From: a virus
DNA length: 32,728 nt
Virus genome (UHGV): UHGV-2172388
Direction: 5' to 3' (one strand)
Position 1 is the first letter of the stretch, and every line of letters starts with the position of its first letter. Under the pieces are notes generated by a model that did no database searches, was not told the DNA's origin, and saw only the letters and a list, made by a program, of their open reading frames with translations. The position numbers and the translations under genes are program-made. This document shows positions 27,269-32,728 of this stretch, piece by piece.

Positions 27269-27604
27269 TCATTGTACTTTTCGACAATTCATCGGTTGCG
27301 CAAGCGCAGCGCTAACCGTGTCAAGGGTGGACTGGTGTTCTGGCGTAGCAGAACGATAGTTTTCCACCAACACACTCTCTTTATTGGACAACGTAACCAC
27401 AGGCGTGCGGTTGCCTGTTAGAACATACAGAACATCAACTCCCGCTGCCGCTATGCCAGCAAGATAGTCACTGTCCGGCTTGCGCAACCCATTCTCATAG
27501 TTGCTTTGTGCGTTTTTCTTCACGCCCCCAAGTTGTCCAAAGCCGTCTTGATCAAGTCCAAGTCGGATACGTTCTTCCTTCAAACGGATGCCAAATTCTT
27601 TCAT
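27269..27604 (-). CDS. XRE-family helix-turn-helix repressor (candidate prophage immunity repressor)
   Basis: 111 aa; HTH_3 pattern IRLKEERIRLGLDQ...YENGLRKP...LAGIAAAGVDVLYVLTG; leftward from the switch region; GC content like the phage backbone. Confidence 0.65.
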   Translation of the reverse strand: MKEFGIRLKEERIRLGLDQDGFGQLGGVKKNAQSNYENGLRKPDSDYLAGIAAAGVDVLYVLTGNRTPVVTLSNKESVLVENYRSATPEHQSTLDTVSAALAQPMNCRKVQ

Positions 27605-27732
27605 TTGGATATAATTACCATTGACAATTCACTCAATTGAGGGAATTATAGATTGTGTAATGTTAATAACCACAATATACCACCATGAAAACAAATGAGA
27701 ACGTCTTACGCTCAAGAGCGCCTCGCGGGGTG
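27605..27732. promoter_or_regulatory. Divergent switch/intergenic region: rightward TTGACA (27621-27626), leftward perfect TATAAT (complement of 27645-27650), 10-bp palindrome CTCAATTGAG (27632-27641)
   Basis: Direct reading of the sequence between the divergent repressor and RHH genes. Confidence 0.4.
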
Positions 27733-27891
27733 ATGTCGAACAAACCGGTGGCAATGCGCCTGCTCCCCGCTGAAATCGCGGAACTGGAAGCATTAGCGCT
27801 GGATCAGAACCGTTCGATGTCCAGCATGGCAAGAATCATTTTTTTGAACGGCATCACACTATTTCGTCAGTCCGTTAACGAAAAGCGTTAG
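27733..27891 (+). CDS. Small ribbon-helix-helix (CopG/Arc-type) DNA-binding protein, candidate Cro/Cox-like early regulator
   Basis: 52 aa from ATG 27733 (MSNKPVAMRLLPAEIAELEALALDQNRSMSSMARIIFLNGI...); divergent from the repressor. Confidence 0.4.
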   Translation: MSNKPVAMRLLPAEIAELEALALDQNRSMSSMARIIFLNGITLFRQSVNEKR

Positions 27892-27909
27892 TGTTTCAGT
27901 TAGTTAAAA

Positions 27910-28158
27910 GTGGTAAGGAGACAGGACATGATGAAATGCCCACACTGCGACGGTAAGGCGATAATTCGCAGCAGCGAATATATGTCACCGCTGGTACGTA
28001 AGCTCTATTACCAGTGCAAAAACGTTAACTGTTCGTTTTCATTTATCGCAATGGAAACCGTGATGGGAACGGTGGTACCGAGCGGTTGCCCGAATCCTAA
28101 GATACACATACCACTATCCACACGCGGGCAATTTCTGCAAAAACAGAAAATCGCGTAA
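27910..28158 (+). CDS. ogr: Ogr/Delta-family zinc-finger late transcription activator
   Basis: CPHCDGKA...YYQCKNVNCSFSF matches the Ogr Cys4 pattern (P2 Ogr CPLC...YHQCQNVNCSATF as recalled). Confidence 0.8.
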   Translation: MVRRQDMMKCPHCDGKAIIRSSEYMSPLVRKLYYQCKNVNCSFSFIAMETVMGTVVPSGCPNPKIHIPLSTRGQFLQKQKIA

Positions 28159-28246
28159 CGCTCAGTAAATAAAAGACTCACAACCACAACGCATAAACAA
28201 CGTGTCTATGCGACGGGTAAGTATTACCTGAATAAAGGTACTGGCA

Positions 28247-30901
28247 ATGCAACCACAACTTCATCAGGAAATTACGCGGCGACTACTGGCCGACTTTTCC
28301 TTTAAAGAACAGGGCGACTGGCTGCGGCAGGGCATCTGCCCGGACTGCCAGAAAAAAGAGCTGTACACCAATGCCATCAGCCCGTGGGTATTGCGCTGCG
28401 GTCGCCTGAATAAATGCAATGCCGAAATCCACATCAAAGATATGTACCCGGATCTGTTTGAAAGCTGGTCAGACAGATATCCCCCAACCCCGGAAAACCC
28501 ACAGGCCGCCGCCGATGCCTACCTGCGCGAGATGCGCGGCTTTGACCTTTCGCTGATCCGTGACTGTTACACTCAAGAGAACTACTACGACCCACGGCGT
28601 GATATCGGTTCAGCGACGGTACGTTTCCCGCTGGCTGACGGCGTGTGGTGGGAGCGGATCGTTGACCGCCCACAGCGTTTCGGCGATCGCAAAGCCAACT
28701 TTCACGGCGCTTACAGCGGGCTATGGTGGCTATTGCCAACGCTGAAGCTGGAAGAACAGCAGGAGATCTGGCTGGTTGAGGGCATTTTTGACGCTATCGC
28801 CCTGCACCACCACGGCATTGCCGCCGTTTCCCTGATGACCTGTAACAACTATCCGGCGCAGGCGTTAAGCCAACTGGCCGCGCTGTTCGTGGATAAAAAG
28901 CGCCCTTTACTGGTCTGGGCGCTGGATAACGACAAGGCGGGCATGAGCTATACCCGGCGATGGGTAAAGCGCAGCCGGGACGAAGGCTGGAGCGCAGCCG
29001 CCGCACAGACGCCGCATTCCCGCAGCAAGCTGGACTGGAACGATTTGCACCAACGCGACCGGCTTAACCCAGAGCTAGTGAAGAAATACCGCTACTACGG
29101 CTCTCTGCTGATCGCCACCTCTCCCGCCGCCAAAGCCCTGCTGATGCACGAACAGACAGAGCGTAAAGAGTTCCACTTCGAGTTTGACAGCCGCCTGTTC
29201 TGGTTCAAGCTGGATATTGACCGCTATATGCGGGTGCATGAAAGTATCTCATTCTCCAATGACGACCTGAGCGAAGAAGAGCTGAAACAGAAGGCGCTGA
29301 AAGAGTCGTCCGCCGTGGTGGAGATCGCCAACTGCTACCCGACCGCCCTCTACTATCAGGCCAACACCATCACCGACGAAAGCTGGTATTACTTTCGCAT
29401 TAACTTCCCGGACGACACGCCGCCGATAAAAAACACCTTCACCGGCTCCCAACTTTCCAGCGGCTCAGAATTCAAAAAGCGCCTGCTGCATATCGCGCAG
29501 GGCGGCATCTTCACCGGCACCAGTCAGCAGTTAGATAAGTTGCTGCTCAAGCAGCTTCCCAAAATCAAAACTGTCCAGACCACTGATTTTATCGGCTACA
29601 GCAAAGAATACCGCGCTTACGTGTTCAACGATCTGGCCGTTCGCGATGGTCGGCTGTACACACTCAACGAAGAAGACTTCTTCGACATGGGCAAACTCAG
29701 CCTTAAAAGCCTGAACCAGTCGGTCAGCCTGACGCTGAACGACAATTTAAAACAGATGGACAGCCAGTGGCCCCAGCTACTCTGGCAGGCGTTTGGCGCA
29801 AAGGGCTTTGTGGCGCTGGCGTTCTGGCTTGGGACGATGTTTGCCGAACAGATCCGCGACAAGCACAAGAGCTTTCCGTTTCTGGAAATCGTTGGCGAAC
29901 CCGGCAGCGGCAAAACCACGCTGATAGAGTTTCTCTGGAAGCTGTTAGGCCGACGCGACTATGAAGGTTTCGATCCGTCTAAATCAACGCTGGCCGCCCG
30001 CGCGCGCAACTTTGCGCAGGTGGCGAACATGCCGGTGGTGCTGATCGAGGGTGACCGTAATCAGGAGGGTGCAAAGCAACGCGGCTTTGATTGGGAAGAG
30101 CTAAAAACCGCCTATAACGGGCGGTCAGTGCGGTCTCGCGGTCTGCGTAACAGCGGTAACGAGACCTATGAACCTCCGTTCCGGGGCTCGATTGTGATTG
30201 CGCAAAACGCCGACGTTAGCGCCTCTAACCCGGTGCTGGAACGTATTATTCACCTGTACACCGACCGCAGCGGCCAGAATACTCAGACCAAGGTCGCTGC
30301 CGAGCAGCTCGAACGCCTGCCGGTGGAACAGCTTTCCGGCTTTATGCTGAAAGCAGCGCTGGCGGAACAGGCCGTGCTGGAGTGCGTCAACCGGCAGATC
30401 CCGCTATACGAGCAGCAGCTTCACGCCCACCCCGATATTCGCCATATCCGCATCATTAAAAACCACGCCCAGCTTATGGCGCTGCTCGACGCGCTGGCGC
30501 TGGTTATTCCGGTCACGAAGGAGCAGCTACAGGCAACCAGAGAAATGTTTATCCGCCTCAGTCTGGAGCGCCAGCAGGCCATCAGCGCCGACCACCCTCT
30601 GGTGCAGGAGTTCTGGGATATTTTCGACTTCCTCGATGGCGACGACGAACCACAGCTCAACCACTCGCGCGATGAACAGCTTATCGCCGTCAACCTTAAC
30701 CACTTTATTCAACTGGCCACCGAACGTCGCCAGCAGATCCCACCAGTCAGCGATTTAAAGCGGGTACTGAAAACCAGCCGTACCCACAAGTTTATTGAAG
30801 TCAGAACGGTTAACAGCGGCATCAACGCTGAATTTAACCGCCGTTACCCAGCCGCATCGCGCCACCCGGCGACGGTGAAGTGTTGGGTTTTTCAACGATA
30901 A
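28247..30901 (+). CDS. Replication primase-helicase (N-terminal zinc ribbon, TOPRIM domain, C-terminal P-loop NTPase), P4 alpha-like
   Basis: 884 aa; CPDCQ...C..LNKC zinc ribbon; TOPRIM-like LVEGIFDAIALHHHG; Walker A GEPGSGKTT. Confidence 0.75.
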   Translation: MQPQLHQEITRRLLADFSFKEQGDWLRQGICPDCQKKELYTNAISPWVLRCGRLNKCNAEIHIKDMYPDLFESWSDRYPPTPENPQAAADAYLREMRGFDLSLIRDCYTQENYYDPRRDIGSATVRFPLADGVWWERIVDRPQRFGDRKANFHGAYSGLWWLLPTLKLEEQQEIWLVEGIFDAIALHHHGIAAVSLMTCNNYPAQALSQLAALFVDKKRPLLVWALDNDKAGMSYTRRWVKRSRDEGWSAAAAQTPHSRSKLDWNDLHQRDRLNPELVKKYRYYGSLLIATSPAAKALLMHEQTERKEFHFEFDSRLFWFKLDIDRYMRVHESISFSNDDLSEEELKQKALKESSAVVEIANCYPTALYYQANTITDESWYYFRINFPDDTPPIKNTFTGSQLSSGSEFKKRLLHIAQGGIFTGTSQQLDKLLLKQLPKIKTVQTTDFIGYSKEYRAYVFNDLAVRDGRLYTLNEEDFFDMGKLSLKSLNQSVSLTLNDNLKQMDSQWPQLLWQAFGAKGFVALAFWLGTMFAEQIRDKHKSFPFLEIVGEPGSGKTTLIEFLWKLLGRRDYEGFDPSKSTLAARARNFAQVANMPVVLIEGDRNQEGAKQRGFDWEELKTAYNGRSVRSRGLRNSGNETYEPPFRGSIVIAQNADVSASNPVLERIIHLYTDRSGQNTQTKVAAEQLERLPVEQLSGFMLKAALAEQAVLECVNRQIPLYEQQLHAHPDIRHIRIIKNHAQLMALLDALALVIPVTKEQLQATREMFIRLSLERQQAISADHPLVQEFWDIFDFLDGDDEPQLNHSRDEQLIAVNLNHFIQLATERRQQIPPVSDLKRVLKTSRTHKFIEVRTVNSGINAEFNRRYPAASRHPATVKCWVFQR

Positions 30902-30910
30902 GGAAATGTT

Positions 30911-31288
30911 ATGAACGAAATATTTAAGGCTCTGGCAACGCAAGAAACCCAACGACAAAGACTTTGCGTAACGCCAGAGGAATACCGCCTTGCTGTCAAT
31001 ACCCTTGTCGACGTTGCTCTCACAGAAACCACCGGCGGACGCGCGGCTGCGCAGGTACTGCTTTCTGCATGGAATGGCTACGTGTGGCAACTGGATATTC
31101 CCGACCTCTGTTATCTGGACTATGACCTGCTGGAACAGGCGCTGATCGTTATCCGGGGGCGGATAATGTTGATGAAAGAGCCGCAGGAGGTGATCCCGGA
31201 GGGGAATGCGGTGATGAAGCGGATTGCAGCGCAGTGGCAACACCTGAACGCCGAACGGCATGGGGAAAACAATGAAAATTGCCATTAG
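30911..31288 (+). CDS. Hypothetical protein (125 aa) downstream of the primase
   Basis: ORF with GGA RBS context, co-oriented with the primase; no family recognised. Confidence 0.4.
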   Translation: MNEIFKALATQETQRQRLCVTPEEYRLAVNTLVDVALTETTGGRAAAQVLLSAWNGYVWQLDIPDLCYLDYDLLEQALIVIRGRIMLMKEPQEVIPEGNAVMKRIAAQWQHLNAERHGENNENCH

Positions 31289-31528
31289 AAAAAACGTGCT
31301 TTTACAGATGGTGCCACTCTCTGAAAGTACGATTTATGCGTTGGAGCAAAAAGGCCTGTTTCCCAACGTTTTGCGCTAACGAAGCGCGCCGTCGCGTGGG
31401 ACAAAGAGGAAGTGGAACGCTGGCTCAAGACTCGGCAGGAAAATAACCATCACCATATTGACAGTGCGGTACAGAAGAATCTGGCCAAAGCACCAAAGCG
31501 CTCTGGTACCAAGATCCCCGCATAGTAC
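31272..31528 (+). pseudogene. alpA: AlpA-like (MerR-type excisionase/regulator) gene apparently disrupted by a frameshift
   Basis: Frame 1 gives MKIAIRKNVLLQMVPLSESTIYALEQKGLFPNVLR then stop; frame 2 continues ...LTKRAVAWDKEEVERWLKTRQENNHHH...; halves match the AlpA pattern (..STIYrl...G.FP....lg.RaVaW...ev..Wl). Confidence 0.35.
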
Positions 31529-32728
31529 TTACGGGCGGTATTGCTTGATCCACCCATCAACCATATCCGCCCACTGCTGCAACATATCACGGCGCTGCTC
31601 TGCGTATTCCGCTTTGTTATAAACGGCTCTGACGCTTCTTTCCTCGTGCGCGAGGCATTTTTCTATCCAGTCGGAATTAAACCCCGCCTCATGCAATAAC
31701 GTCGAGGCCGTTCGGCGCATATCGTGAACGGAAAACGACGCCAGCCTGATCCCCCGTTCCTGCGCCTGCTTAACCGTAAGATTAATGACCCGGTTTAAGG
31801 TCGCCGCCGACATGGTCTTATGCGACGACTGATTGCATGAAGGCAAAACCCAATCACTGCTTCCTGCGCACATTTTCAGGGCAATCAGAATGTCCTGTGC
31901 CTGCCGGGACAGATAAACATTATGATCCCGTGATCCCTTCATCCGGCTGGCGTCAATCGTCCAAAGGCAGGCATTAAAATTAACCTCACCCCACGGCGCG
32001 TTCAGCAGTTCACTTTTACGCACCATCGTTAATAAAACCAATTTAATGGCCAGCTTGATGGTGGGTAATGTACCCGTTTGTTCAAGCTGATTGAAAAACC
32101 AGCCTATCTCCTCTGGCTTGAGCGCCCTGTCGCGCGCTTCGAATGTCGCAATTGAAGCCGGTAAAACCTCTTCGGCAGGATTGGGGTAATAGTCGCCGTG
32201 AAGCGCGGCGAACTTAAATACCGCACTAACGATATTGCGAACCTGAATCGCCGTCGCTGGCGCACCACGCGCTTTTATCTTGTCGCAATACTCACGTAGG
32301 AGAGAGGGGGTTATCTCTGACAGCAGCTTGCGCCCCCATACTGGGGTGATGTCTCTGTCGATAATGCTTTGCTTCATCGCCCTTGTGCTGTCCGCCAGCC
32401 GGGTGTGTTTCATGTAGCTGACGGTAAAATCGTGGAGTGTCTTTTCTTCTTTTCGCTTTGTTTTACCGTCACGCTTCTCTCCAGCGGGCGATATTCCTGC
32501 ATTTACGCGTTTTTTAGCTTCCACTAATTTTTCGCGCGCCTGCGCCAGAGAAATACCGTCACCATAGCGACCAATCGTTAACGTTTCACGACGACCATTG
32601 ATTCGATAGTCATAGCGAAACGTCACCAATCCATTGGGAGATACGGTTACATACAGCCCATCACGGTCTGCAACTTTATAAAGTTTTTCCCGCGCTTTGA
32701 GGTTTTTCAGCTTGGTATCGGTCAGCAT
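31529..32728 (-). CDS. int: Tyrosine integrase, P4/CP4-57 type (N-terminal arm-binding domain)
   Basis: 399 aa; N-terminus MLTDTKLKNLKAREKLYKVADRDGLYVTVSPNGLVTFRYDYR typical of P4-family integrases; C-terminal catalytic region with conserved R...H..R...Y context; start codon at the window edge. Confidence 0.9.
   Translation of the reverse strand: MLTDTKLKNLKAREKLYKVADRDGLYVTVSPNGLVTFRYDYRINGRRETLTIGRYGDGISLAQAREKLVEAKKRVNAGISPAGEKRDGKTKRKEEKTLHDFTVSYMKHTRLADSTRAMKQSIIDRDITPVWGRKLLSEITPSLLREYCDKIKARGAPATAIQVRNIVSAVFKFAALHGDYYPNPAEEVLPASIATFEARDRALKPEEIGWFFNQLEQTGTLPTIKLAIKLVLLTMVRKSELLNAPWGEVNFNACLWTIDASRMKGSRDHNVYLSRQAQDILIALKMCAGSSDWVLPSCNQSSHKTMSAATLNRVINLTVKQAQERGIRLASFSVHDMRRTASTLLHEAGFNSDWIEKCLAHEERSVRAVYNKAEYAEQRRDMLQQWADMVDGWIKQYRP

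Overview
This window is almost entirely one P2-family (myovirus) prophage, read by eye from the sequence and the ORF track; all homology calls are from memory of protein families and no database search was run. The late-gene block is essentially complete and syntenic with P2: Q and P leftward, then O-N-M-L, X, a lysis cassette (holin, holin-like, endolysin, overlapping LysB/LysC spanins), R-S, V-W-J-I-H-G, FI-FII-E/E'-T-U-D, then ogr. The early module at the right end is not P2-like: an XRE-HTH repressor, a small RHH protein, Ogr, a zinc-ribbon/TOPRIM/P-loop primase-helicase and a P4-type tyrosine integrase that starts at the window edge. Four late operons are preceded by the same dyad CCGCTTGTA-N11-TACAAGCG, and E/E' has a TTTTTTG slippery site. 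At least five accessory insertions interrupt the conserved backbone. The strongest novelty candidate is an AT-rich two-gene cassette (NdpA/YejK-like protein plus RelA/SpoT-type nucleotidyltransferase) co-oriented downstream of the repressor between D and ogr. The others are a Doc-toxin module with a non-Phd antitoxin, a PD-(D/E)xK-like moron between S and V, a Dam methyltransferase with an unknown partner at the G/FI junction, and two small overlapping ORFs behind a near-consensus promoter. The terminase large subunit and an alpA-like gene each appear frameshifted, and a dense GGTNACC iteron array lies left of a cos-like site.
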